NCBI GenBank assembly: GCA_001774395.1
Contig: MEZX01000002.1
Location: forward strand, 96,753-160,752
Direction of reading: 5' to 3'
Length of the DNA stretch: 64,000 bases
Origin: Candidatus Berkelbacteria bacterium RIFCSPLOWO2_01_FULL_50_28
GTDB lineage: Bacteria; Patescibacteriota; UBA1384; 2-12-FULL-50-11
The position numbers and the translations under genes were made by a program. The notes under the pieces are model-generated. The model searched no databases and had not been told where the DNA came from. It was given only the letters and a program-made list of their open reading frames with translations. Each line of letters opens with the position of its first letter. The first letter of the stretch is position 1. Shown here piece by piece: positions 9,752 to 18,103 of this stretch.

Positions 9752-11152
9752 TTAGTCATGAAGGGAATTAATAATTATCTTAACATCATTCTCAGTATCT
9801 GGGTCGTTCTTCATCTGTGCCTCAATCTTTCGCGAGCCGTGCATTATGGTAGTGTGGTCCCGGCCGCCGAGCTGATCGCCAATTTGGGGGAACGACTGGT
9901 CTAGAACTTCACGCAGTAGATACATGACGATCTGCCGCGGGTAAACCAGCTCTTGATGACGTTTTTTACCCAAGATATCACTTGGCTCTATCTCGAAATG
10001 GTTGGCGACACAACGAATAACTTTTTTGGCGGTGAGGTTACTCTTGTTGGCTCGACTAAGGTCTTTAACTGTAACGCGAGCAAGCTCCAAATTTAGGGGG
10101 ATTTTCTCAAGTTGAGAACGAGCGGTAAGTTTCGTTAGGGCTCCTTCCAGCTCGCGGACGTTATTAGTTATTTGGTTGGCAACGTAATCTATGACCTCAT
10201 CGGGGATGTTAACCCCCATTTGTTCGGCTTTTTCCCGTAGGATTGCCGAGCGGGTTTCGAAATTGGGCGACTGGATATCGGCGATCATTCCCCACCCGAA
10301 GCGCGATATCAGCCGCTCCTCTAAGTTGGACATCTCTTTGGGGAGTCGGTCGGCGGTAAGAATAATCTGACGGTTGGACTGGTGAAGGGTGTTGAAGGTG
10401 TGGAAAAACTCCTCTTGGGTCCCCTCTTTGTTGGCCAGAAATTGGATGTCGTCAACCAGGAAGACGTCAACGGTGCGGTAGCGGTTCTTGAATTGGTTGA
10501 TGGTCTTGCTCTGTAAGGCATTAATGAACTCCCCAGTGAAAGCCTCGCATGAGGTGTAGATAATCTTTTTCTTGGGGTGGATGTGGTAAATCGCGTTGGC
10601 AACCGCTTGCATTAAGTGGGTTTTCCCCAGCCCCACCCCACCGTAGATAAACAGCGGGTTATAGGCGCTGCCGGGTTTTTCGGCGACGGCTTGGGCGGCG
10701 GCAAAAGCCAGGCGATTATTATTCCCCACCACGAATGTGTCGAAGGTGTATTTCTGGTTGAACTGCGGCGGTTCTCGCGGTGGCTGTTTTGCTTTGTCGT
10801 CGCGATCTTCAACAACCTGAAGTAACGGTAGCTCGTCGACGTCAACGGCTTTCGTGGCTGAGACCACAAGACGCAGTTCAGTATCGGCTCCAAAATGGTC
10901 GCTCAGGATTTTGGTAATACTCTTCGCGGCGTTCGCTTCAACCCAACTCTTTGTGTACAGGTTGGGCACGGCCAGAGTAACGGTATTATCAATCCGCTCC
11001 ACAAAACGAACCGGTTTTAACCAGGTATCGAAGTTCGGCCGACTCACGGTCGATTTAAGTTGTTGTAAAATGTCTTGCCAAATTGCTTCGCTCATTAATC
11101 TTATTTTAGGTTCAACCGCATGGAATGTACTAGAGTTTTCCACAGAGGGCAA
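9752..11152 (-). CDS. dnaA: Chromosomal replication initiator DnaA.
   Basis: AAA+ Walker A GGVGLGKTHLMQAVANAI; sensor and C-terminal DNA-binding regions (NVRELEGAL...HTTIMH); 466 aa. Confidence 0.95.
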   Translation of the reverse strand: MPSVENSSTFHAVEPKIRLMSEAIWQDILQQLKSTVSRPNFDTWLKPVRFVERIDNTVTLAVPNLYTKSWVEANAAKSITKILSDHFGADTELRLVVSATKAVDVDELPLLQVVEDRDDKAKQPPREPPQFNQKYTFDTFVVGNNNRLAFAAAQAVAEKPGSAYNPLFIYGGVGLGKTHLMQAVANAIYHIHPKKKIIYTSCEAFTGEFINALQSKTINQFKNRYRTVDVFLVDDIQFLANKEGTQEEFFHTFNTLHQSNRQIILTADRLPKEMSNLEERLISRFGWGMIADIQSPNFETRSAILREKAEQMGVNIPDEVIDYVANQITNNVRELEGALTKLTARSQLEKIPLNLELARVTVKDLSRANKSNLTAKKVIRCVANHFEIEPSDILGKKRHQELVYPRQIVMYLLREVLDQSFPQIGDQLGGRDHTTIMHGSRKIEAQMKNDPDTENDVKIIINSLHD

Positions 11153-11275
11153 CTACTGCCCAAGGAACTGGCAACTAGGAACCTGGAACTGGTCGGCCAC
11201 TTATACACACCCTCTAGCCCCTAGTCCCCAGCTCCTAGTGCCCTTCAGTTAAATCTGTTACAATAGTCAGTAACA

Positions 11276-11413
11276 ATGGTGAAGAGAACTTACCAAGGCA
11301 ATAAACGACATCGCGCTAAAACCCACGGCTTTTTGGTGCGCAGCAGAACTTCTGGCGGGTTACGCGTGCTTAAGGCGCGTCGCCGCCGAGGCCGGGCGAT
11401 ACTGGCACTGTAA
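11276..11413 (+). CDS. rpmH: 50S ribosomal protein L34 (45 aa). It is absent from the ORF track because it is under 60 aa.
   Basis: Translated by hand: [51 protein letters not shown] -10-like element 15 nt upstream. Stop overlaps the rnpA ATG. Confidence 0.85.
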   Translation: MVKRTYQGNKRHRAKTHGFLVRSRTSGGLRVLKARRRRGRAILAL

Positions 11414-11760
11414 TGCTGCCGCGGATCAACCGCCTCAAACGTCAGGAAGATTTTAAAGCAGTTCGCTTATCCGGCCGCAAAGCCAAGGCGGGTCGTTTAC
11501 TGGTGAATTTCCTGCCGCAACAAGTAGGTTCCGTGAGCCGCGGCGCTGTCGTCATTTCTTCCAAAGCCGTCAGTGGCTCGGTCGAGCGCAACCGGATTCG
11601 TCGCCTAATGGCCAAGTTGATGCGTCAACAGTTTGATAATTGGGCTACTCGCTCGGCGGGTGATATGGTGGTAGTGTTACTTGGGAGTGCTGATGTTTCT
11701 TCGTCTGAAGAACTCACAGCCGATTTCAACAAATGCTTAGAAAAACTATCGTTAAATTAA
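11413..11760 (+). CDS. rnpA: RNase P protein component.
   Basis: [31 protein letters not shown] is a typical RnpA N-terminus. The rpmH-rnpA arrangement is canonical. Confidence 0.9.
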   Translation: MLPRINRLKRQEDFKAVRLSGRKAKAGRLLVNFLPQQVGSVSRGAVVISSKAVSGSVERNRIRRLMAKLMRQQFDNWATRSAGDMVVVLLGSADVSSSEELTADFNKCLEKLSLN

Positions 11761-11990
11761 TCGAGCTTTATCAAGTTAGTGTCTCACCCGACCATAGCGC
11801 CCTGGGTCGCCGTTTGATGGGTGGCGCTTGTCGCTACCAACCAACGTGCTCCGAGTACACCAAGGTAGCAGTAGGACGGTTCGGGATAAAACGAGGGTTG
11901 GGCATGGGCCTGAAAAGGATCTCCCGCTGTCACCCCTTCACCACGGGAGGGTACGACCCAGTACCCGCAGTAATAACCGAATCCCGATAA
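11733..11990 (+). CDS. yidD: Membrane protein insertion efficiency factor YidD.
   Basis: YidD motif GGxCRYxPTCSxY (GGACRYQPTCSEYTKVAV...CHPFTTGGYDPVP). Overlaps the rnpA 3' end as usual. Confidence 0.85.
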   Translation: MLRKTIVKLIELYQVSVSPDHSALGRRLMGGACRYQPTCSEYTKVAVGRFGIKRGLGMGLKRISRCHPFTTGGYDPVPAVITESR

Positions 11991-12067
11991 ATGATAAAGT
12001 TTGAAAATTGTAAAACTGTAAATTATTTGGAAATTGGAAACTGTAAATTGAAAATTGCTGAAAAACG

Positions 12068-12808
12068 ATGAAAGAGTTTTTCAGGATTATTCTCTACAAA
12101 CCGCTCTTCAACCTATTGATGTTTTTCGCGTGGATAGTGCCGGGACACAGTATGGGGTGGGCGATTATTATGCTGACGATCCTAGTGAATGTGGTGCTCT
12201 GGGTTCCCAAGAGCAAATCGCTGAGAATGCCGATGTTGCAGGCCCAATACCGTGACGAGATAAAAGCTCTCCAGGATAAGTATAAAGACGACCGCAACAC
12301 TCAAGCTAAGATGCTGATGGCCTTTTACAAAGAAAAAGGCATCAACCCGATGGCTGGCTGTCTGCCACTTTTGATCCAACTACCAATACTCTTTATTCTA
12401 TACAAAGTCTTTATGGTTGGCCTTAATACGGTACGACCCGACTTAATTTATTCGTTCACGCCGCACTTAAACACAATCAACACCCTCTTTTTTGGCATCG
12501 ATCTCGCCAAACCAGAAAAAATCTTCTTACCCATAATTGCGGCCGCCCTTCAGTTCGGGCAGTCGTACTACCAGATGAAATTAACTCCACCGTCGGGCGA
12601 CAAGAAAGACGTCTCGGCGATGATGAGCAAACAGATGATGTATATGTTGCCGGCCATCACTCTCTTCTTTGGTATGACGCTACCGGCGGGGCTGATGCTT
12701 TACTGGGGCACCTCGACCGGTCTGTCGTGGTTGCAGCAAGTGCAGATCGCTAGAACTTTCAAAGCCAAGCCCAAAACCCAAGTAACTGTGCGAACCCGCC
12801 GACGTTAA
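12068..12808 (+). CDS. yidC: Membrane protein insertase YidC/Oxa1 family (short form).
   Basis: 246 aa, multi-TM. Conserved region PMAGCLPLLIQLPILFILY...YMLPAITLFFGMTLPAGLMLYW. Confidence 0.85.
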   Translation: MKEFFRIILYKPLFNLLMFFAWIVPGHSMGWAIIMLTILVNVVLWVPKSKSLRMPMLQAQYRDEIKALQDKYKDDRNTQAKMLMAFYKEKGINPMAGCLPLLIQLPILFILYKVFMVGLNTVRPDLIYSFTPHLNTINTLFFGIDLAKPEKIFLPIIAAALQFGQSYYQMKLTPPSGDKKDVSAMMSKQMMYMLPAITLFFGMTLPAGLMLYWGTSTGLSWLQQVQIARTFKAKPKTQVTVRTRRR

Positions 12809-12947
12809 AACTTTGGCGGGCGGCCCACCCACCTCACCTGGCACTGGCGGGCAGGCGAAAAAGAGGTGACTGCGCGCCCGGCCAACAAAGGCCCGAACAG
12901 ACGGTATCAGATAGGGCGCTTGGTCTAGACTAGACGCCTAATTACCC

Positions 12948-13080
12948 TATAGTCGCTGGTAAGCGACAACCGCGACGTACCCTTGGGACTTTTCTCGTCG
13001 TGTATAGTCGCCGGTACGGCGACAACCGCGACGTTCCCTTGGGACTTCGTCCCGTCGTGTATAATTCGACTAGTCGCCTA
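12948..13080 (+). repeat. Tandem direct repeat of about 55-57 bp, two full units plus a partial third. Each unit starts TATAGT or TATAAT and carries TTGGGA. Candidate tandem promoter or structured-leader array upstream of the UbiA-like gene.
   Basis: Units at 12948-13002 and 13003-13059, with a partial unit from 13060. Hairpin GTCGC-TGGTAA-GCGAC in unit 1 versus GTCGCC-GGTAC-GGCGAC in unit 2 (compensatory change). The last unit supplies -35 TTGGGA (13039-13044) and -10 TATAAT (13060-13065), followed by RBS GGAGG and the ATG at 13099. Confidence 0.6.
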
Positions 13081-13098
13081 ACGGCTCTGGAGGTTGGA

Positions 13099-14136
13099 AT
13101 GAAGTTTTTGCTTCAAACAGCGCGGCCGATCACGCTCGTCGCGTGGATTCCGCCATTCGTTGGTTGTCTGTTGGGTGGCAATTTGTCTTGGGCCACCTTA
13201 ACAGCCTGTCTTGGAACGATGGTTGCCGTGGGGCTCATTAATACCCATAACAATCAAACCGATCGTCGGATTGATCGGCACAACCCATTGAAGGACACAC
13301 TGGCAATGCAGCACCCCGTGCGAAACCACCAAGTCGTGACAGCGAGTGGTTCGATCCTGGCGCTGTTGCTACGCCAAATTGGATATAACTTTCTCCTGCT
13401 CTCGACCCTCTACTACGTGGGGGTGTTCTACAACTACTTTCTCGGGCGCGTGCCCGTCGTGAAACGCCTAGCGGTAGCGATAGTAGTCGCATCGACATCG
13501 TTCATCGCAGCCGACAGGCCTAACCTAGCCCTGTGGGTTTGGGCTAGCGCAGTTGGACTCTTCATCTACTGTCGAGAAGTTGGCAAAGATCGGGCAGATG
13601 CCCAGGAGGATACCATGGCTCGTTTCTTTCGAAAGGGTGCGCCAGCTGATTCCTGGTGCATCATCGCCCCGTTTATGGGCGGGCTAATCTACGCGACGAC
13701 GACACTTGCTCTCGGGGTTTCGCTGACGTCGACCCATTTGGTCGTTAGTCTCGGTATTGCACTGACGATCTTCTCGTTTATGCAGATCCGGGCTCGCCAC
13801 AATTGGTACCGAATGCGGTTTCCCCATCGCTTGATTGCAGGCCAGTCCGGCCTGACGCTGGCGCTCGCAGCCTTGATGCCGCCATTTGCGCAGGGGATCC
13901 TGCCGATTGTTGTCTTCAACCTGACAACAATCTACGTTCGTTCGTGCCTGACGACGCGAGCCAACGTAAGTTGGTGGGCCAACCTGCACGATGCCTACCT
14001 TTGGGCATCGCTGCTCTGGCTGGCGATGCTCGGACCAGGAGTGTTTTCTGTCTCGACATTCACGATCTCAGTCATTGTTCTGATCGCCGTGTTTGCCTGG
14101 GAATTCCAGCGAACGCAGCACTTAAGAACCGCTTAA
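13099..14136 (+). CDS. UbiA-family aromatic/polyprenyl prenyltransferase (multi-TM). The start is chosen at the RBS-preceded ATG 13099; the track ORF from 13000 reads through the upstream repeat.
   Basis: Asp-rich motifs NQTDRRIDRHN and KDRADAQED; 8-9 predicted TM helices; GGAGGTTGGA Shine-Dalgarno before 13099. Confidence 0.65.
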   Translation: MKFLLQTARPITLVAWIPPFVGCLLGGNLSWATLTACLGTMVAVGLINTHNNQTDRRIDRHNPLKDTLAMQHPVRNHQVVTASGSILALLLRQIGYNFLLLSTLYYVGVFYNYFLGRVPVVKRLAVAIVVASTSFIAADRPNLALWVWASAVGLFIYCREVGKDRADAQEDTMARFFRKGAPADSWCIIAPFMGGLIYATTTLALGVSLTSTHLVVSLGIALTIFSFMQIRARHNWYRMRFPHRLIAGQSGLTLALAALMPPFAQGILPIVVFNLTTIYVRSCLTTRANVSWWANLHDAYLWASLLWLAMLGPGVFSVSTFTISVIVLIAVFAWEFQRTQHLRTA

Positions 14137-14140
14137 CCAG

Positions 14141-14180
14141 CGAGGCCGCTCGGATTTCCGAGCGGCCTCGTAACATTTTT
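14141..14180 (+). terminator. Rho-independent terminator after the UbiA-like gene.
   Basis: Perfect 13-bp stem CGAGGCCGCTCGG / CCGAGCGGCCTCG with loop ATTTC, followed by TAACATTTTT. Confidence 0.7.
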
Positions 14181-14306
14181 GTCGAACCTTGGTTTCGAGT
14201 CGGACGGACTAACAAAACCGTCTGGGCCGTCACCACCTCCCACGGCTTAACCTGGATTTTTACTCTAAAGTTAGGTAAACTTTGTACCAGTACGGTCGGG
14301 TGCCAT

Positions 14307-14388
14307 GGTGGGTTGGCAGAATGGTAATGCAGCGGTCTTGAAAACCGCCGGGCGTAAGCCCTTGTAGGTTCGAGCCCTACACCCACCG
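14307..14388 (+). tRNA. tRNA-Ser (anticodon TGA) with a long variable arm.
   Basis: Acceptor GGTGGGT/ACCCACC (7 bp). Anticodon stem GCGGT/ACCGC with loop CTTGAAA. Variable arm CGGGCGTAAGCCCTT. T-arm GTAGG-TTCGAGC-CCTAC. Discriminator G. Confidence 0.7.
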
Positions 14389-14509
14389 CACTTCGAGTCG
14401 CTGGGCTCCCTCAGTGTAAACTGAGGACAGGCGACCCGAACTACCCCGAGCGACCTGTCCTGAGCGGATTCGAAGGAAGTCGGGGGCGGTACATTACAGT
14501 CACATTTGC

Positions 14510-14530
14510 GCCCGTAGCTCAGTGGATACT
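14510..14530 (+). pseudogene. Exact 21-nt duplicate of the 5' end (acceptor plus D-arm) of the downstream tRNA (GCGCCCGTAGCTCAGTGGATA), a tRNA 5' fragment.
   Basis: Identical to 14599-14619, but the sequence that follows cannot form the rest of a cloverleaf. Confidence 0.6.
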
Positions 14531-14598
14531 CCCGAGTCATCCTTTGAGCTACTGGCACCAGCCAGTATTAGATGCCTACAGTTATGTATGTAGGCTTG

Positions 14599-14671
14599 GC
14601 GCCCGTAGCTCAGTGGATAGAGTATTTGCTTGCGGAGCAAAGGGTCGCTGGTTCGAGTCCAGCCGGGCGCG
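14599..14671 (+). tRNA. tRNA with anticodon GCG as read (would decode Arg CGC), 73 nt. Unusual for bacteria, which normally use ACG.
   Basis: Acceptor GCGCCCG/CGGGCGC. D-arm GCTC-AGTGGATA-GAGT. Anticodon stem TTTGC/GCAAA with loop TTGCGGA. T-arm GCTGG-TTCGAGT-CCAGC. Discriminator G. Confidence 0.65.
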
Positions 14672-14832
14672 CAGATACTAAAAGTCCGAACCGCATTTAT
14701 TCACTTTTCTCGAAGAAAATCGCTACTCTAAGCTTTTGGGAATCACGCAGATTAATAATCGCGTCGCACAATTAATTTTTTTGAACCTGTAATGGTTCGA
14801 TTCCGGTTAGGTCGTTGTACGGGAAAACACTA

Positions 14833-14861
14833 TTGACTGCCACTGTGATTTCTTATAGAAT
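14833..14861 (+). promoter_or_regulatory. Sigma70-like promoter for the downstream lipoprotein gene.
   Basis: -35 TTGACT (14833-14838), 17-nt spacer, -10 TAGAAT (14856-14861). Confidence 0.5.
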
Positions 14862-14900
14862 ATGCGCATAACTGCGACAACCTCGCAGGGGAGGCAGAGA

Positions 14901-15347
14901 TTGAAGTATCTCCTTTTCGCCCTTTTCGCCGTCTGTCTGATCGGCTGTGCCGATCCGATCCAAGAAGCAGTGGAACAAGACAACCGTGAGTTCCAGATAC
15001 GAGACACTCAAAGAACTCGGGAATCGACCCAGATGCCGATCGCTCGATCCGCCAGCAACTACGTCTCCAAGACGATCAACGATAAACTGCTCCTTCTCGG
15101 AGAGGACGAGTGGCTGATCGTGGAAGTCCACATGCCAACCGCGGAGAATCGAATCTTCGTCCTCAGCAAAATTGACCCAGAAAGCAAGGTCCGTATAACT
15201 GAGGTTGTCGAATTCAAGGAGAAGGATTACGGCTGGGGAACCGGAATGATTGCTTGGGTCGGCGATATTGTCAGAAAAGCTCCTGTTTTACCCAATGATT
15301 TGATGGGGACAAATAGGAGCATGCCGAAGTGTGGCTACACTTTCTGA
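14901..15347 (+). CDS. Small lipoprotein of unknown function, with a TTG start suggested downstream of the promoter (track ORF starts at 14862).
   Basis: Lipoprotein signal KYLLFALFAVCLIGC (lipobox LIGC); RBS AGGGGAGG 6 nt before TTG 14901. Confidence 0.55.
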   Translation: MKYLLFALFAVCLIGCADPIQEAVEQDNREFQIRDTQRTRESTQMPIARSASNYVSKTINDKLLLLGEDEWLIVEVHMPTAENRIFVLSKIDPESKVRITEVVEFKEKDYGWGTGMIAWVGDIVRKAPVLPNDLMGTNRSMPKCGYTF

Positions 15348-15396
15348 CCTGGTGAATCGATTTGTCATCAGTGATCCACGTGGCGCCAACACGAAA

Positions 15397-15431
15397 CCGT
15401 CGGAGAGATCTCTCCGACGGCTACTTTTTAT
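15397..15431 (+). terminator. Bidirectional rho-independent terminator between the lipoprotein gene and the convergent comFC.
   Basis: Perfect 24-bp palindrome CCGTCGGAGAGATCTCTCCGACGG followed by CTACTTTTTAT. Confidence 0.65.
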
Positions 15432-15576
15432 CTTCATAAGCGTTCCCACCCTCAATTTAAGGAAGGGAGCGAAACTCTCGAAAAAGAATTAGGAAGAATC
15501 GAAGCTCAGAAGAAGAAATAGGATTGTCTTCAGCGTGGTTCGGACTTTCGTGTGCCGGCGCGCAAGAGTTTAGGTT

Positions 15577-16281
15577 TTAGCCGTGGGCAATGGTGATGGC
15601 CCAGACGGTTTTGGCGCCTTTGCGGCGCAGGAGTATTGCCGCTTCCCCCAGGGTGGCGCCGGTGGTGATGACGTCGTCAACGAGAAGAATATTTTCTGGA
15701 ATCTCTTTCGTTCCGACGTAAGCGAAACATCCGTGCACGTTGGTGAGGCGCTTGGTTTTTGTTAGTTTCGCTTGGGCAGGAGTGTCATTTTTGCGCTTCA
15801 ACAGGTTGGAAACTTCCTCACGGCCGGCAAACATTCTTTGTGACAGAACCTCGCTCTGGTTAAACCCACGCTTGGCTAAGCGTTTTTGATGAATTGGGAT
15901 CGGCACGACCGTCCATTCCGAATGCGGCAGGCGTCGCAGATAATGCCGTCGAAAAGTATCAGCGTAAAAACTCAAGGCGTCAAAATGTCCGCCGTACTTG
16001 GCTTGCTGAACCAGGTCTTGAATTACCGGCTCGGCGTAGGAAAAAAGACTAACTACCCCGTCAAGCGGTACTCGCTCTTGGCACTTGGGGCAGATGCCAT
16101 TATCGGCCGCCTTATCACAGATGACACAGCTTTCGGGACGGCTCGCGGTCAGTTCTCTGCGACAATCGTCACAGATCCAGCCGCTCTCTTGGCCACAGCC
16201 GAGGCAGTTAACGGGGGCAACGAGGTTTTTCAAAGCATTTCCTAGCTCGGTCATTGTCAACATTATGGCTTGACTGACCAT
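15577..16281 (-). CDS. comFC: ComF-family competence protein with a phosphoribosyltransferase domain (ComFC).
   Basis: N-terminal double zinc ribbon (CLGCG...CDDC...CVIC...CPKC) plus PRTase motif LLVDDVITTGATL. Confidence 0.8.
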   Translation of the reverse strand: MVSQAIMLTMTELGNALKNLVAPVNCLGCGQESGWICDDCRRELTASRPESCVICDKAADNGICPKCQERVPLDGVVSLFSYAEPVIQDLVQQAKYGGHFDALSFYADTFRRHYLRRLPHSEWTVVPIPIHQKRLAKRGFNQSEVLSQRMFAGREEVSNLLKRKNDTPAQAKLTKTKRLTNVHGCFAYVGTKEIPENILLVDDVITTGATLGEAAILLRRKGAKTVWAITIAHG

Positions 16282-16298
16282 ATCATAACTCGCATAAT
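16270..16298 (+). promoter_or_regulatory. Sigma70-like promoter of hsp20. The predicted TSS is only about 2-3 nt before the ATG, so the mRNA is probably leaderless.
   Basis: -35 TTGACT 16270-16275, 17-nt spacer, -10 CATAAT 16293-16298; ATG at 16308; no SD sequence. Confidence 0.5.
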
Positions 16299-16307
16299 AA
16301 ACGCACT

Positions 16308-16685
16308 ATGGCTAAGAAAGAAGAAATTCAGGAGGAGTGGGTTGACGAAGAAGAAGAGGGTCAGCTCGCCATCGACGCCTATCAAGACGAAGACAATATC
16401 TACATCAAGGCGCCGATTGCCGGAGTGAGCGTGGAAGATCTAGAGATTTCAATTACCGACGAAGTGGTGACGATTAAGGGCACGCGACGCAACGAAGGAG
16501 ATTTGGCGCGCGAGAGTTACTTTGTTCAAGAGTGCTACTGGGGTTCGTTTATGCGCTCCTACATTCTGCCAGTATCGGTTGATGCGGCCAAGGCCGACGC
16601 CAGTTTGCGTAACGGCATTCTAACGATTCGCATTCCGAAACAAGAGAAGACCAAGACGAGAGTTCTTAAAGTTCAAGTAGATTAA
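16308..16685 (+). CDS. Hsp20/alpha-crystallin family small heat-shock protein.
   Basis: 125 aa. Alpha-crystallin domain pattern AIDAYQDEDNIYIKAPIAGV...GILTIRIPKQEK. Confidence 0.85.
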   Translation: MAKKEEIQEEWVDEEEEGQLAIDAYQDEDNIYIKAPIAGVSVEDLEISITDEVVTIKGTRRNEGDLARESYFVQECYWGSFMRSYILPVSVDAAKADASLRNGILTIRIPKQEKTKTRVLKVQVD

Positions 16686-17063
16686 CGGCGAGGCCGTAGG
16701 GGCTTTATTACCCAGGAAACCGGGGGTTTTTTCGTGGGGGTGAACGAATATTATTCATACTACCTCTAAAGACGCAATTTTTTGCGAGGGTGAGGGGCTC
16801 GGAGTTGCGAAGGCCGCCCCTACACCCTCGCGCTCCCTACCCCGCCACGCTTCTCACAGAGGTATGGAGAAAAAGCTTCGGGGGTTCGCGACGAGCGTCG
16901 CTCCACCGTCCCGGCTAAACCACTCGCTTTTTCGGGCTATCAATATTCTGAAACCGGCGGCACGGACCTGCGCCTGCGTACTCTTGCCGGTTTTCGGTTA
17001 TGAATATAAAAATCGCCCGGGAAGCGTGGAAGCTTCTTCGGGCATTGGCGGTGGTCGGAGCGG

Positions 17064-17996
17064 TCAGCCACCAAATCGAGTGGTAGTCACGCGGTAGCAG
17101 TCGATCAGCTCCCGTTTTCGATCCTCGGCGGGGACATTCAGTTCGATGCAGCGCATCCCGACAACAAGTAGGTGTTGGGCAACCACCGGGTTGAGAACCT
17201 TGTGGCCAGCCTGTTTTGTTCCGAGTATTAGATCGAGCTCGTCAAGATGGCCCTTGGTTAGGACCCGGTACGCCTCGCTCCAATCGACGATCTTCGATTC
17301 GGCAAGAAGGCGGTCTAGGGTCTTATAGTAGGCGCCGTCAGCCAGACGGTTGAGAATCTGCGACTCGACGGTATGAGCTCGCACTTCCTCATAAACCCAC
17401 TCGTCCAACTCCTTGCTTGCGACTGACCCCAGCGCGTTACGCTGGTGCTGCAGGGCGTGAGATAGTTCGTGCCCAAGCAGCGAGGTGAACACTGCCGGTG
17501 GCCAATCGACCGCGGCAACGAAAACCACCTTACGGCTAGCGTCGTACCAGACGGCTGCGGGGTGAAGAGGTCCGTCCTCCTTTGGATAAAAGACGATCAG
17601 CACCTTTCCCCCGGGATAACTCAAGTCGTCCGAACTGATACCAACGCCCATCTTGGAGCTGATGACAACGCCGACGTTGAACTTCGAGAACGCCTTCGCG
17701 ATCTCTTTGGTCTCGTCCGTTGTCGGGCCAAGACGGTTGAGCGCCTCAGTGATGTTGCGGCGCAACGGGTCGGTCAGCTTCTTGTTAGCCTGACTCTCCG
17801 GCACCTGACGCTCCAGCCACCAGGCGCTTTCGTTGTGACTCGCCATATACGCCCTGATCTCTGACTGGATCTGTGCGAAGTTGGCGGGTGGTTGGGGCGC
17901 CGCAAATGAAGGCGGTGACTTCACGGCGACGGGCTTGTTACCCGAGCAGCCGTAAAGACCGAGAACAAAAATGAAAAGAGCGATGAGATACCTCAT
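17064..17996 (-). CDS. Lipoprotein with an HExxH zinc-metallopeptidase motif.
   Basis: Lipoprotein signal MRYLIALFIFVLGLYGCSG; motif LLGHELSHALQH; RBS GAGGAGGAA before the ATG; hairpin CTGCGGCTCGACCGCAG in the 5'UTR. Confidence 0.65.
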   Translation of the reverse strand: MRYLIALFIFVLGLYGCSGNKPVAVKSPPSFAAPQPPANFAQIQSEIRAYMASHNESAWWLERQVPESQANKKLTDPLRRNITEALNRLGPTTDETKEIAKAFSKFNVGVVISSKMGVGISSDDLSYPGGKVLIVFYPKEDGPLHPAAVWYDASRKVVFVAAVDWPPAVFTSLLGHELSHALQHQRNALGSVASKELDEWVYEEVRAHTVESQILNRLADGAYYKTLDRLLAESKIVDWSEAYRVLTKGHLDELDLILGTKQAGHKVLNPVVAQHLLVVGMRCIELNVPAEDRKRELIDCYRVTTTRFGG

Positions 17997-18103
17997 GCGT
18001 ATTCCTCCTCTGCGGTCGAGCCGCAGTTATGCGGAAATTCTACCCTAGATAACCGAGAAAGTCAATGGGAACGAGCTATTTTCTCCAAAAGTGCTCTAGG
18101 TTT

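Noticed and set aside
9511-9904. ORFs at 9511-9759 (-) and 9644-9904 (+) in and around the dnaA-dnaN spacer.
   Set aside because: They lie in the oriC region and overlap dnaA on the opposite strand, their composition is atypical, and they lack RBS sequences. They are spurious.
13000-13098. The N-terminal 33 codons of the track ORF 13000-14136.
   Set aside because: These codons translate through the tandem DNA repeat. An RBS-preceded ATG at 13099, downstream of a TATAAT element, is a far better start.
14389-14509. A bacterial small SRP RNA (ffs) candidate from CGAAGGAAGTCGG, which resembles the helix-8 GGAAGGAAGCAGC motif.
   Set aside because: Only a partial match. The expected complementary 3' strand and GNRA apical loop could not be placed by eye.
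14072-14558. Minus-strand ORFs at 14072-14386 and 14271-14558.
   Set aside because: They overlap the terminator, the tRNA-Ser(TGA) and the structured spacer on the opposite strand. They are spurious.
15583-16273. Plus-strand ORFs (60, 119 and 62 aa) inside comFC.
   Set aside because: They are antisense to a well-supported ComFC CDS.
16686-17063. RNase P RNA (rnpB) candidate from GGAAACCGGGGG and CTGAAACCGGCGG, which resemble the P4 strands.
   Set aside because: The conserved GGAAAGUCCGGGCUCC and AGGGUGAAANGGUG...GCACC blocks are not present. The region is left as an unassigned structured intergenic region that needs cmscan.
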